Assembly: GCF_000008625.1 (NCBI RefSeq)
Contig: NC_000918.1
Coordinates: 450,001 to 482,000, forward strand
Origin: Aquifex aeolicus VF5
GTDB taxonomy: Bacteria > Aquificota > Aquificia > Aquificales > Aquificaceae
Direction of reading: 5' to 3'
DNA length: 32,000 nucleotides
The notes below the pieces were generated by a model, which saw nothing but the letters and a program-made list of their open reading frames with translations, searched no databases and had not been told where the DNA came from. Shown piece by piece: positions 7,115 to 15,626 of this stretch; position 1 is the first letter of the stretch; every line of letters starts with the position of its first letter. The translations under genes and the position numbers were made by a program.

Positions 7115-9323
7115 AGGGGCCGTTCAGGGTGTCGGGTTTCGCCCCTTCGTTTACAGAATAGCCAAAGAGCTGGGACTAAAAGGTTTCGTTATAAACGACT
7201 CAAAAGGTGTTTACATAGAAGTAGAAGGAGAAGAGGAAAGGTTAAAGAAATTTCTTTTTAAACTAAACAGGGAAAAACCGCCCCTTGCGAGAATTTACTC
7301 TCAGGAAATCCAGTTTTTAGAGCCTGTAAATTACGAGGACTTCGTAATAAGAAAAAGCGAGGAGAAAGGTGAGAAGGAAGTCTTAGTTCTCCCGGACATA
7401 GCAACGTGTGAGGACTGCCTAAGAGAACTCTTTACCCCTGAAGACAGGAGGTATATGTACCCCTTCATAAACTGCACCAACTGCGGTCCGAGGTTCACTA
7501 TAATCGAAAGACTGCCCTATGACAGAAAAAACACCACCATGAAAGTCTTTGAAATGTGTCCCGAGTGCAAAAGGGAGTATGAGAACCCCCTCGACAGACG
7601 CTTTCATGCTCAGCCAAACGCCTGCCCGAAGTGCGGTCCATGGGTCAGCCTCTACAAAGACGGTAAACTAATTGCCGAAAAAAATGAGGCTTTAGAACTC
7701 TTAATTGAAGAAATAAAAATAGGAAAAATAGTAGCAGTTAAGGGAGTAGGAGGTTTTCACCTTATATGCAACGCAACGAACGAAGAGAGCGTAAGAACCC
7801 TCAGGAAGAGAAAGAGGAGAAGTGAAAAGCCCTTCGCGGTAATGTTTAAAAGTCTTGAACAAGTTGAAGCATATGCAAACCCTACCGAACTTGAAAAGGC
7901 ACTCTTGATTTCCCCGGAAAGACCTATAGTATTAATACAAAAGAAGAAGGAACTCGCTCCATCCGTATCGCCCGGATTAAAAAGAGTTGGTGCGTTTCTC
8001 CCCTATTCTCCCCTTCACCACCTTATACTGAACTCCTTAGATTTTCCCGTTGTGGCGACTTCTGCAAATATCTCAGAAGAGCCCATAATCAAAGACAACA
8101 AGGAAGCACTGGAAAAACTGGGAGAGCTCGCCGATCTTATCCTCGTTCACAACAGGGATATAAAAAGGAGGTGTGACGACTCGGTAGTTAAAGTCGTGAG
8201 TGGTGTTCCTACACCGATAAGACGATCAAGGGGCTACGCACCACTTCCCGTAGAAGTTCCTTTTGAACTTCCCAAAAGAGTTCTTGCGGTTGGAGGAATG
8301 CTAAAAAACACCTTTGCCCTCGGCTTTAAAAACCAAGTAATCCTGAGTCAGCACATCGGGGATATTGAGAACTTAAATACTTTAAAGGTTTTTGAAGAAA
8401 GTGTTTTTGACCTTATGGAACTCTACGAGTTTGAGCCCGATGTAGTAGTTTGCGATATGCACCCGAGGTACGAAACTACGAGGTGGGCTGAGGAGTTTTC
8501 CAGAAAAAGGGGAATACCCTTAATTAAGGTTCAGCACCACTACGCCCACATGCTCTCCTGCATGGCGGAAAACGGGATAAAAGAAAAGGTTCTCGGAATA
8601 GCTTGGGACGGAACGGGATACGGAGAGGACGGAACCCTCTGGGGAGGTGAGTTTTTAGTGGCAGATTACACTTCTTATGAAAGAGCATTTAACTTCAAAC
8701 CCGTAAAACTCATAGGCGGAGAGAAGGCGGTAAAGGAACCGAGGAGGGTAGCCCTCTCTTTACTCTTTGATATATTCGGGGAGGAAGCCCTCAACTTGGA
8801 CCTTCTCCCGGTAAAAAGCTTTAGCGAAAGGGAGCTAAAAAACCTGTACCTTGCCTGGAAAAAAGGCATAAACTCACCGCTTAGTTCTTCTGTCGGAAGA
8901 CTTTTTGATGCTTTGGCTTCCCTTCTTAATCTCAAACAAATCCTCTCTTACGAAGGGCAGGGAGCCATGATGGTGGAAGATTTATACGACCCTCTTGTAA
9001 AGGATAACTATCCCTATGAGATACGCGGAAAGGAAGTAGATTTAAGGAAGGCCTTCCTAGAAGTTTTAAAGGAAAAAGACAAGAGTCTCGCGGCAAGCAG
9101 GTTTATAAACACGCTCGCGAAGGTTTGCGAAGACATAGCCCTCATGGTTGGTATTGAACGTGTGTGCCTTTCTGGGGGTGTTATGCAAAACGATCCACTG
9201 GTTACAAAGATAAAGGAGCTTCTGGAAAAGGAAAAATTTAAGGTTTACACGCACCAAAAGGTTCCTCCGAACGACGGAGGTATAGCTCTGGGACAGGCTG
9301 TTTTTGGACTTTCTCTGGTATAA
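7083..9323 (+). CDS. hypF: Carbamoyltransferase HypF
   Basis: Acylphosphatase domain (AVQGVGFRPFVYR), zinc-finger pairs (CEDC, CTNCGP, CPEC, CPKCG), YrdC-like region and Kae1/carbamoyltransferase-like region (HHYAHMLSCMAEN, GIAWDGTGYG, SGGVMQND). 32-bp overlap with hypB. Confidence 0.96.
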   Translation: MPFKRLKLHLKGAVQGVGFRPFVYRIAKELGLKGFVINDSKGVYIEVEGEEERLKKFLFKLNREKPPLARIYSQEIQFLEPVNYEDFVIRKSEEKGEKEVLVLPDIATCEDCLRELFTPEDRRYMYPFINCTNCGPRFTIIERLPYDRKNTTMKVFEMCPECKREYENPLDRRFHAQPNACPKCGPWVSLYKDGKLIAEKNEALELLIEEIKIGKIVAVKGVGGFHLICNATNEESVRTLRKRKRRSEKPFAVMFKSLEQVEAYANPTELEKALLISPERPIVLIQKKKELAPSVSPGLKRVGAFLPYSPLHHLILNSLDFPVVATSANISEEPIIKDNKEALEKLGELADLILVHNRDIKRRCDDSVVKVVSGVPTPIRRSRGYAPLPVEVPFELPKRVLAVGGMLKNTFALGFKNQVILSQHIGDIENLNTLKVFEESVFDLMELYEFEPDVVVCDMHPRYETTRWAEEFSRKRGIPLIKVQHHYAHMLSCMAENGIKEKVLGIAWDGTGYGEDGTLWGGEFLVADYTSYERAFNFKPVKLIGGEKAVKEPRRVALSLLFDIFGEEALNLDLLPVKSFSERELKNLYLAWKKGINSPLSSSVGRLFDALASLLNLKQILSYEGQGAMMVEDLYDPLVKDNYPYEIRGKEVDLRKAFLEVLKEKDKSLAASRFINTLAKVCEDIALMVGIERVCLSGGVMQNDPLVTKIKELLEKEKFKVYTHQKVPPNDGGIALGQAVFGLSLV

Positions 9324-9333
9324 TTTAGGGATT

Positions 9334-9732
9334 ATGATACAGGTTGAAATAGTTTCTCCGCAGGGAATGGTTTACTCGGGAGAAGTAGAGAGCGTAAACG
9401 TCCCCACGGTTGAAGGAGAGGTGGGAATCCTTGAAAACCACATGTACCTGATGACCCTCTTGAAACCTGGACTTGTTTACTTCAACGGTGACGACAAAAA
9501 CGGAATAGCTGTAACCTACGGCGTTCTGGACGTCACCCCCCAAAAGGTTCTCATTCTTGCGGAAGAAGCTTACGAAGTCGGAAAACTTCCTCCAGCAAGC
9601 AAGCTAAAAGAAGAGTTTGAAGAAGCCGTGAAGAAAATGGCAACCGCCCAAACTATGGAAGAGTTAAAAGAGTGGGAGAAGGAAGCAGAAAAGGCAAGAA
9701 CTCTCTTAGAACTCGTTGAAAAGTACAGATAA
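9334..9732 (+). CDS. atpC: F1F0 ATP synthase epsilon subunit
   Basis: MIQVEIVSPQGMVYSGEVESVNVPTVEGEVGILENHMYLMTLLKPG. The ORF-track start at 9304 is a TTG inside hypF; ATG 9334 is the conserved start. Confidence 0.94.
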   Translation: MIQVEIVSPQGMVYSGEVESVNVPTVEGEVGILENHMYLMTLLKPGLVYFNGDDKNGIAVTYGVLDVTPQKVLILAEEAYEVGKLPPASKLKEEFEEAVKKMATAQTMEELKEWEKEAEKARTLLELVEKYR

Positions 9733-10435
9733 CTCAAAACCCGTCCCCTTCTTTCGGGGAAAATTAAAATTTTTTCAACCGAAAGAGCACAAAATCTCCG
9801 TTGACCTCGTACTTTTCCTCTCAAAAATCAAACCTCCTAAGAGGAATTACAGAATAATAGACCTCGGCGCTGGTTTTGGCTTCCTTTCTATAACCCTTGC
9901 AAAAAAGTACGGAGTTAAAGTAGTAGCCTTTGAATACGACGAAAGAATGGTAAAACTATTGAGGAAAAACGTAAAGTTAAACGGCGTTGAACACCTTGTT
10001 GAAGTGGTGGAGGGGGACATAAAAGAGATAGAAAAGCATCTCTCTAGAGGTTCTTTTAACTTGGTAGTTTCAAACCCTCCTTTTTACCCGATAAATTATT
10101 CACCAAATCCAGAACCCTACCACTTTGAGGTTTACGCAACCCTGAAAGATTTTGTAAGGGCTTCCTCTTACCTTTTGAAGGACGGCGGAGAGCTTTACCT
10201 TCTCTCTCCTTGCTTTCGCCTCTACGAGCTCACAGAATACCTTTCAAACTTCAATTTACCTTTAAGGAAACTCTCTTTAATTTACCCTACTCCCCTAAAG
10301 AGGGCGAGACTTGCGATTACCGTATCCGTTAAAAACGTAAAAGGACAGCTCGAGTGCGATAAACCCCTGATAATAAATAAAGAAAACGGAGAGTATACAG
10401 AAGAGGTAAAACAGCTCCTTGAAAACTTCCTTTAA
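9716..10435 (+). CDS. tRNA1(Val) (adenine37-N6)-methyltransferase-like (TrmN6/YfiC family) SAM-dependent methyltransferase
   Basis: LKFFQPKEHKISVDLVLF N-terminal block, IIDLGAGFGFLSI motif I, VVSNPPFY motif IV. 17-bp overlap with atpC. Confidence 0.8.
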   Translation: MKSTDNSKPVPFFRGKLKFFQPKEHKISVDLVLFLSKIKPPKRNYRIIDLGAGFGFLSITLAKKYGVKVVAFEYDERMVKLLRKNVKLNGVEHLVEVVEGDIKEIEKHLSRGSFNLVVSNPPFYPINYSPNPEPYHFEVYATLKDFVRASSYLLKDGGELYLLSPCFRLYELTEYLSNFNLPLRKLSLIYPTPLKRARLAITVSVKNVKGQLECDKPLIINKENGEYTEEVKQLLENFL

Positions 10436-11010
10436 AACCTGTGCTCTCTTCCCGTAAGGAGTCTGTTTATGTTTTCCCTGTGCCTGTAAATTATCAACGC
10501 ACCTATAACGATAGCCATAAAAAGAACGTTGACGGGGTATCCCGCAACGAAGAGGAATAGAAAAGCGGATATTGTTGCGGTAATGGATGCGAGGGAGACG
10601 TACCTCTTCCATAGGAAAATTCCTAGCCAGACGAGGAAGGAAAAGAGAGCGACAGAGGGAGAAACCGCAAACACTACTCCGAGCGCGGTTGCAACGCCTT
10701 TTCCCCCTTTAAAACCGAAGAAAACGGGATACATGTGTCCGAGAACGCTCGCAAGTCCTGTGAAGGTTAAAACCCAAGAGTCAATGCCAAAGGATTTCAC
10801 CGCTATTAAAGCAGGGATAAAACCTTTCAGGAAATCCAGGAAGAACACGAGGACGCCGTACTTCTTACCCAGAGCCCTTGTTACGTTCGTAGCACCTACG
10901 TTTCCGCTTCCAACGTTTCTCAGGTCCACTCCTTTTAACTTGGCTATAACTTCACCGAAAGTAATAGAACCGAGAAGGTATGCAAAGATTACCAGGAAGA
11001 GTGCCTTCAT
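10432..11010 (-). CDS. plsY: Glycerol-3-phosphate acyltransferase PlsY (acyl-phosphate dependent)
   Basis: LLGSITFGEVIAKLKGVDLRNVGSGNVGATNVTRALG, GHMYPVFFGFKGGKGVATALG, IIYRHRENI. The track ORF extends to 11040, but the family start fits MKALFLVIFAYLLGS at 11010. Confidence 0.95.
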   Translation of the reverse strand: MKALFLVIFAYLLGSITFGEVIAKLKGVDLRNVGSGNVGATNVTRALGKKYGVLVFFLDFLKGFIPALIAVKSFGIDSWVLTFTGLASVLGHMYPVFFGFKGGKGVATALGVVFAVSPSVALFSFLVWLGIFLWKRYVSLASITATISAFLFLFVAGYPVNVLFMAIVIGALIIYRHRENINRLLTGREHRF

Positions 11011-11020
11011 ATAAAAGAGT

Positions 11021-11599
11021 TTAATCGCAATTTTCCACACACACCTTCTTTATACGAACCTTTCCTCTGCAGGATTCAAAGCATGCGTCGTATAGCTTTT
11101 CACAACCGCACTCGCAGGAACAGGCTTCCCTTTCCCTTTTTAAAAGAATTTCATAACTTGGCATCGTGGGTTTTTGAGGAGGTAGTGGTTTTCTCCTTTC
11201 GTAAAAGCGTATCCTTTTCTTTAACCATTCTTTCTTATCGCACGCTTCTTTGTCCTTATAAGCACTGCATATCCTCTCGTAAAACTTTAGATCTTCCTTG
11301 ATACGGTATAGGGTTTCCCTGTAAGTTCTCAGTTCCTTCAAGTAGTTTTCGTAAGCCTTTTCGTACTCCCTTGATTTTCTTTCATAGTCTTTTAAAAGTG
11401 ATAGATAAACTTTTCTGGCACGCTCAACGCTTTCTTTTAAACATGCGTTGTAACTTTCAAAACACGCTTTCTTACATTCTAAAAACTTTTCTTTACAATC
11501 CTGAACGCAAAGAGTATTCTGAGGTAGGACGTACTCTTTAACGATTTTGTACTTTGGACTGCAGGAAAGGAGTAGTAAGGCTAAGAGTACTATTAACAT
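11021..11599 (-). CDS. Cysteine-rich coiled-coil lipoprotein, unknown function
   Basis: Signal peptide with lipobox LLLLSC at Cys13; 16 Cys in 192 aa, many as CX3C/CX6C; long charged Lys/Glu/Tyr-rich helical middle. Confidence 0.8.
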   Translation of the reverse strand: MLIVLLALLLLSCSPKYKIVKEYVLPQNTLCVQDCKEKFLECKKACFESYNACLKESVERARKVYLSLLKDYERKSREYEKAYENYLKELRTYRETLYRIKEDLKFYERICSAYKDKEACDKKEWLKKRIRFYERRKPLPPQKPTMPSYEILLKREREACSCECGCEKLYDACFESCRGKVRIKKVCVENCD

Positions 11600-11606
11600 A
11601 AGTTAG

Positions 11607-11612
11607 ATTATA
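11607..11612 (-). promoter_or_regulatory. Predicted -10 element (TATAAT) of the Cys-rich lipoprotein gene, 7 nt from its ATG
   Basis: Reverse complement of ATTATA at 11607-11612; the gene's ATG begins at 11599; no Shine-Dalgarno in between. Confidence 0.5.
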
Positions 11613-11623
11613 GGTATTTTCTG

Positions 11624-11632
11624 TGCTACAAT
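11624..11632 (+). promoter_or_regulatory. Predicted extended -10 promoter element (TGC-TACAAT) for atpA
   Basis: TGC TACAAT at 11624-11632, about 31 nt before ATG 11663, with AGGAGGT just before the start codon. Confidence 0.55.
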
Positions 11633-11662
11633 AAACCTTTAAAGAAGGTTAGGAGGTAGAGT

Positions 11663-13174
11663 ATGGCTACACTGACTTATGAGGAAGCCCTTGAGATACT
11701 AAGACAACAGATAAAGGATTTCGAACCTGAAGCCAAAATGGAAGAAGTAGGTGTAGTTTACTACGTCGGTGATGGTGTAGCAAGGGCTTACGGTCTTGAA
11801 AACGTAATGGCGATGGAAATAGTAGAGTTTCAGGGAGGGCAACAGGGAATAGCCTTCAACCTCGAAGAGGACAACGTTGGTATCATAATCCTCGGTTCTG
11901 AAACGGGAATAGAAGAAGGGCACATAGTAAAGAGAACGGGCAGGATATTGGACGCTCCCGTTGGAGAAGGACTCGTTGGAAGGGTTATCGACCCCCTCGG
12001 AAACCCCCTCGATGGTAAAGGACCCATTCAGTTTGAATACCGTTCCCCAGTTGAAAAGATCGCACCCGGTGTTGTAAAGAGAAAACCCGTTCACGAACCC
12101 CTTCAAACAGGTATTAAAGCTATAGACGCTATGATTCCAATAGGAAGGGGACAGAGAGAGCTTATCATCGGTGACAGGGCTACGGGTAAGACCACTGTTG
12201 CGATAGACACCATACTCGCTCAAAAGAACAGTGATGTTTACTGTATTTACGTAGCCGTAGGACAGAAAAGAGCGGCGATAGCGAGACTCATTGAGCTCCT
12301 TGAAAGAGAAGGAGCTATGGAATACACCACAGTTGTTGTAGCTTCAGCATCAGATCCCGCATCACTCCAGTACCTCGCACCCTTTGTTGGATGTACGATA
12401 GGGGAGTACTTCAGAGACAACGGAAAGCACGCACTCATCATATACGACGACCTGTCCAAGCACGCGGAAGCTTACAGACAGCTCTCACTCCTCATGAGAA
12501 GACCTCCCGGTAGAGAAGCTTACCCCGGTGACGTGTTCTACCTCCACTCAAGACTCCTTGAAAGAGCTGCAAAACTTAACGACGACCTCGGGGCAGGTTC
12601 TCTCACGGCATTGCCCATAATTGAAACGAAAGCGGGTGACGTCGCGGCTTACATTCCCACGAACGTTATCTCCATTACAGACGGACAGATATACCTCGAA
12701 GCGGACCTCTTCAACAAAGGTATAAGACCTGCTATTAACGTAGGTCTTTCGGTTTCCAGAGTCGGTGGTGCGGCACAGATAAAGGCTATGAAACAGGTTG
12801 CGGGAACCCTCAGACTCGAACTTGCTCAGTTCAGAGAACTTGAAGCTTTCGTTCAGTTCGCTTCGGAACTTGATAAGGCAACCCAGCAACAAATCAACAG
12901 AGGTCTGAGACTCGTAGAACTCCTGAAGCAAGAACCCTACAACCCGATACCCGTTGAAAAACAAATCGTTCTCATATACGCCGGAACGCACGGATACCTC
13001 GACGACATTCCCGTAGAGTCTGTAAGAAAGTTTGAAAAGGAACTCTACGCTTACCTAGACAACGAAAGACCGGACATACTCAAGGAGATAAGTGAAAAGA
13101 AGAAACTCGACGAAGAACTAGAGAAGAAGATAAAAGAGGCGCTCGACGCCTTCAAGCAAAAGTTCGTTCCCTAA
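11663..13174 (+). CDS. atpA: F1F0 ATP synthase alpha subunit
   Basis: [16 protein letters not shown]-loop, [38 protein letters not shown]. Confidence 0.98.
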   Translation: MATLTYEEALEILRQQIKDFEPEAKMEEVGVVYYVGDGVARAYGLENVMAMEIVEFQGGQQGIAFNLEEDNVGIIILGSETGIEEGHIVKRTGRILDAPVGEGLVGRVIDPLGNPLDGKGPIQFEYRSPVEKIAPGVVKRKPVHEPLQTGIKAIDAMIPIGRGQRELIIGDRATGKTTVAIDTILAQKNSDVYCIYVAVGQKRAAIARLIELLEREGAMEYTTVVVASASDPASLQYLAPFVGCTIGEYFRDNGKHALIIYDDLSKHAEAYRQLSLLMRRPPGREAYPGDVFYLHSRLLERAAKLNDDLGAGSLTALPIIETKAGDVAAYIPTNVISITDGQIYLEADLFNKGIRPAINVGLSVSRVGGAAQIKAMKQVAGTLRLELAQFRELEAFVQFASELDKATQQQINRGLRLVELLKQEPYNPIPVEKQIVLIYAGTHGYLDDIPVESVRKFEKELYAYLDNERPDILKEISEKKKLDEELEKKIKEALDAFKQKFVP

Positions 13175-13189
13175 CTCTCCCTCCTTCTT

Positions 13190-14380
13190 TTAACTCATAA
13201 ATATAAGTATTTCGTCCTTTTCCACCTTTGCCCTTTCGGGCTCTAAATTCCTTAACTTCCTAGGAAGCATAACGTGAGCTTTGAAGTTTCCCACTCTTAC
13301 GACTATTTCGTCCTCTCCTTTTACGAGTGAGATACTCTCCTTCTTTACTCCGGGGGCTTTTATTCTTATTACGTACTTTCCATCCAGTTGTTCTATCTTG
13401 TAGGGAATTTCCTTGTGGAATATCTTGTCGGGTGGTTCGTCTCCGTAAATGAGCTGTGCCAGTTTTTCAAGCCTCTCAAGACCTACGACCTCTTCTTCAA
13501 GGAGCGGAACTTTAAACACGGGAACTGGTGAGAAGTAGCTCTCTATCTCCTTTACATACTTTTTCTGAATGTTTAGCCACTTTTCAAGGAAAGAGCAGTT
13601 TTCCTGCTGGATTACCTCTTCGGGTATCACTTTGTTCACTATTACCGCATCCACGTTTACGCCGAAGAGAAGGAAGTAGAGAAACGCCCTCTGGCTTTCC
13701 TTTAAAACCATCTTTTCGGGATTTGAAACTATCCTTATTGAAGTTATATCCGGATTTATTAATATTTCGTCCACACCTTTGAGTCTCTCGTAGAAGGTTT
13801 CGAGAGCCTTAAAGTACTCCTCGTCTGGGAGCGGGACGTCTGTCATCCTTCCAACCGTAGGTCTTGCGACCTTCATTATGAGTCTTTCCGTTTTGAATAT
13901 CTTCTTCATGTACCATTTCATAACCGTGGGCATGGAGACGAACCTTATGCTCTCGCCTGTAGGAGGTAGGTCTAAGATAAGGACGTCGTGATTGCCCTCC
14001 CTGTAGTACTTGTTTACGTAAAGAAGACTCGTTATTTCCTCCATTCCGGGGAGTATAGCGAGTTCGTCCGCGAGTATCTCATGAAGTCCCGTAGTGTGAA
14101 AGAGGAGTTCTATGAACCTGTAAACTTCTCCCCAGTATCTTTCTATCTCCTCCTGAATGTCTATTTCTTGAATTTCCAGATTTTCATTTATCTTTATGGG
14201 AAGCCCTTTCGCTTTTCTCCTCTCTTCCTCCGGAACATCAAAGGAGTCCGCCAGAGAGTGAGCCGGATCAAGAGAAACTACTATAACCTTCTTCCCGAGC
14301 TGAGAAAGTTTATACCCGGTCGCTGCGGAAATTGTGGTCTTCCCTACTCCTCCTTTTCCAGAAAAGAGTATTATCCTCAT
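13190..14380 (-). CDS. ArsA/Get3-family ATPase with C-terminal HSP20/alpha-crystallin-like domain
   Basis: Deviant Walker A GKGGVGKTT, SLDPAHSLADSFD, DLPPTGESIRFVSMP. The C-terminal ~75 aa (IPYKIEQLDGKYVIRIKAPGVKKESISLVKGEDEIVVRVGNFKAHVMLPRKL) looks like HSP20 beta-sandwich strands. Confidence 0.88.
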   Translation of the reverse strand: MRIILFSGKGGVGKTTISAATGYKLSQLGKKVIVVSLDPAHSLADSFDVPEEERRKAKGLPIKINENLEIQEIDIQEEIERYWGEVYRFIELLFHTTGLHEILADELAILPGMEEITSLLYVNKYYREGNHDVLILDLPPTGESIRFVSMPTVMKWYMKKIFKTERLIMKVARPTVGRMTDVPLPDEEYFKALETFYERLKGVDEILINPDITSIRIVSNPEKMVLKESQRAFLYFLLFGVNVDAVIVNKVIPEEVIQQENCSFLEKWLNIQKKYVKEIESYFSPVPVFKVPLLEEEVVGLERLEKLAQLIYGDEPPDKIFHKEIPYKIEQLDGKYVIRIKAPGVKKESISLVKGEDEIVVRVGNFKAHVMLPRKLRNLEPERAKVEKDEILIFMS

Positions 14381-14434
14381 GTATGAAATTTTAACTTTTA
14401 ATTAATACATTACACTTAGACTAAGGAGGCTGGA

Positions 14435-15184
14435 ATGAAAATAGCCCACATCTCCGACCTTCACGTTAAGTGCGAGTGGTACGAAGACAGACTGGGAAAC
14501 AATCTCGTAAAGTACTTAAACGCCCAGAAGCCGGATCTTCTGATAATAACGGGAGACCTTACGGATTACGGCTACTACGCGGAGTACAAGAGGGCTTACT
14601 CCTTTTTAGAACTCATAGAAGTGGAAAAGAGAGTTGTAGTTCCCGGAAACCACGACGCGAGGAACGAAGGGTACGAACTTTTTGAGGAGTTTTTCGGAAC
14701 GAGGATGCCTTATTACGAAGACGAATACATGGTAATAATTGGTATGGACTCGAGCCTACCCGATAGGGAGGAGGGACACATAGGGAGGAAGGGTTACAAA
14801 TTCCTGAGGGAAACTCTGAAAGATAAAGGGGATAAACTAAAGATAGTTGCCCTTCACCATCACGTTGTTCCTATACCGGCAACGGGTAGCGATCTGGCTA
14901 TACTTACGGACGCGGGAAATCTTATGAAGGTTGTGGATGAACTGGGTGTTGAACTTGTCCTTACGGGGCACAAGCACAAGGCGTGGGTGTGGAAATTAAA
15001 CGAAACTTACTACGTTACCGCAGGCACCGCAACAACAAGGAGACTCAAGGCGAAAGACTACCCATCCTTCTACATGTTGTACTTGGAGGATGAAAAGAAT
15101 ATAAGGATGGAAAAGGTAAATACGGAAACCTTGAAAGTTGAAGAGGTTTATACGCTGAATTTTGAGGAAGGTAAAGAGAGATGA
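14435..15184 (+). CDS. Calcineurin-like metallophosphoesterase
   Basis: ISDLHVK, ITGDLTDYG, VPGNHDARN, LHHHVVP, LTGHKHKAW motifs; AAGGAGG Shine-Dalgarno. Confidence 0.93.
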   Translation: MKIAHISDLHVKCEWYEDRLGNNLVKYLNAQKPDLLIITGDLTDYGYYAEYKRAYSFLELIEVEKRVVVPGNHDARNEGYELFEEFFGTRMPYYEDEYMVIIGMDSSLPDREEGHIGRKGYKFLRETLKDKGDKLKIVALHHHVVPIPATGSDLAILTDAGNLMKVVDELGVELVLTGHKHKAWVWKLNETYYVTAGTATTRRLKAKDYPSFYMLYLEDEKNIRMEKVNTETLKVEEVYTLNFEEGKER

Positions 15185-15615
15185 AGATAGCTTTTATATG
15201 CACGGGAAATTCCGCAAGGAGTCAAATGGCGGAAGGGTTTGCAAAGTACTACGCGAAGAAATACGGTCTTGATCTTGAGGTTTACTCAGCAGGTTCTAAT
15301 CCCGCAAAGAGGATTGCACCAGAAGCTATTAAGGTTATGAAGGAAAAAGGTATAGACATATCTGCCCAGTATCCCAAAAAACTCGAGGACATTCCCTTGA
15401 ACGAAATGGACCTAATAATCACACTTTGCGGAGGAGCAAAAGAGAGCTGTCCCACGGTTCCTGGAGCACGTCAGGAACACTGGGATTTACCGGACCCCGC
15501 GGCATACGAAGGGAGTGAAGAGGAAAGACTTGAATTCTTCAGGAAGGTAAGGGATGAGATAGAGAAAAGGGTTATAAAACTTATGGAGGAGTTAAAGGAA
15601 AAGGTGAAGGCTTAA
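15181..15615 (+). CDS. ArsC-type (thioredoxin-dependent) arsenate reductase / low-molecular-weight phosphatase-like protein
   Basis: [16 protein letters not shown]-loop, [28 protein letters not shown]. 4-bp overlap with the upstream gene. Confidence 0.88.
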   Translation: MKIAFICTGNSARSQMAEGFAKYYAKKYGLDLEVYSAGSNPAKRIAPEAIKVMKEKGIDISAQYPKKLEDIPLNEMDLIITLCGGAKESCPTVPGARQEHWDLPDPAAYEGSEEERLEFFRKVRDEIEKRVIKLMEELKEKVKA

Positions 15616-15626
15616 ATTTATTCCTT

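Noticed and set aside
9304-9333. TTG-initiated N-terminal extension of atpC (MDFLWYNLGI)
   Set aside because: It lies in the 3' end of hypF and across its stop; the conserved epsilon N-terminus begins at ATG 9334.
9743-9764. Possible terminator hairpin TCCCC-TTCTTTC-GGGGA after atpC
   Set aside because: Only a 5-bp stem, no T-tract, and it lies inside the N-terminal coding sequence of the overlapping methyltransferase.
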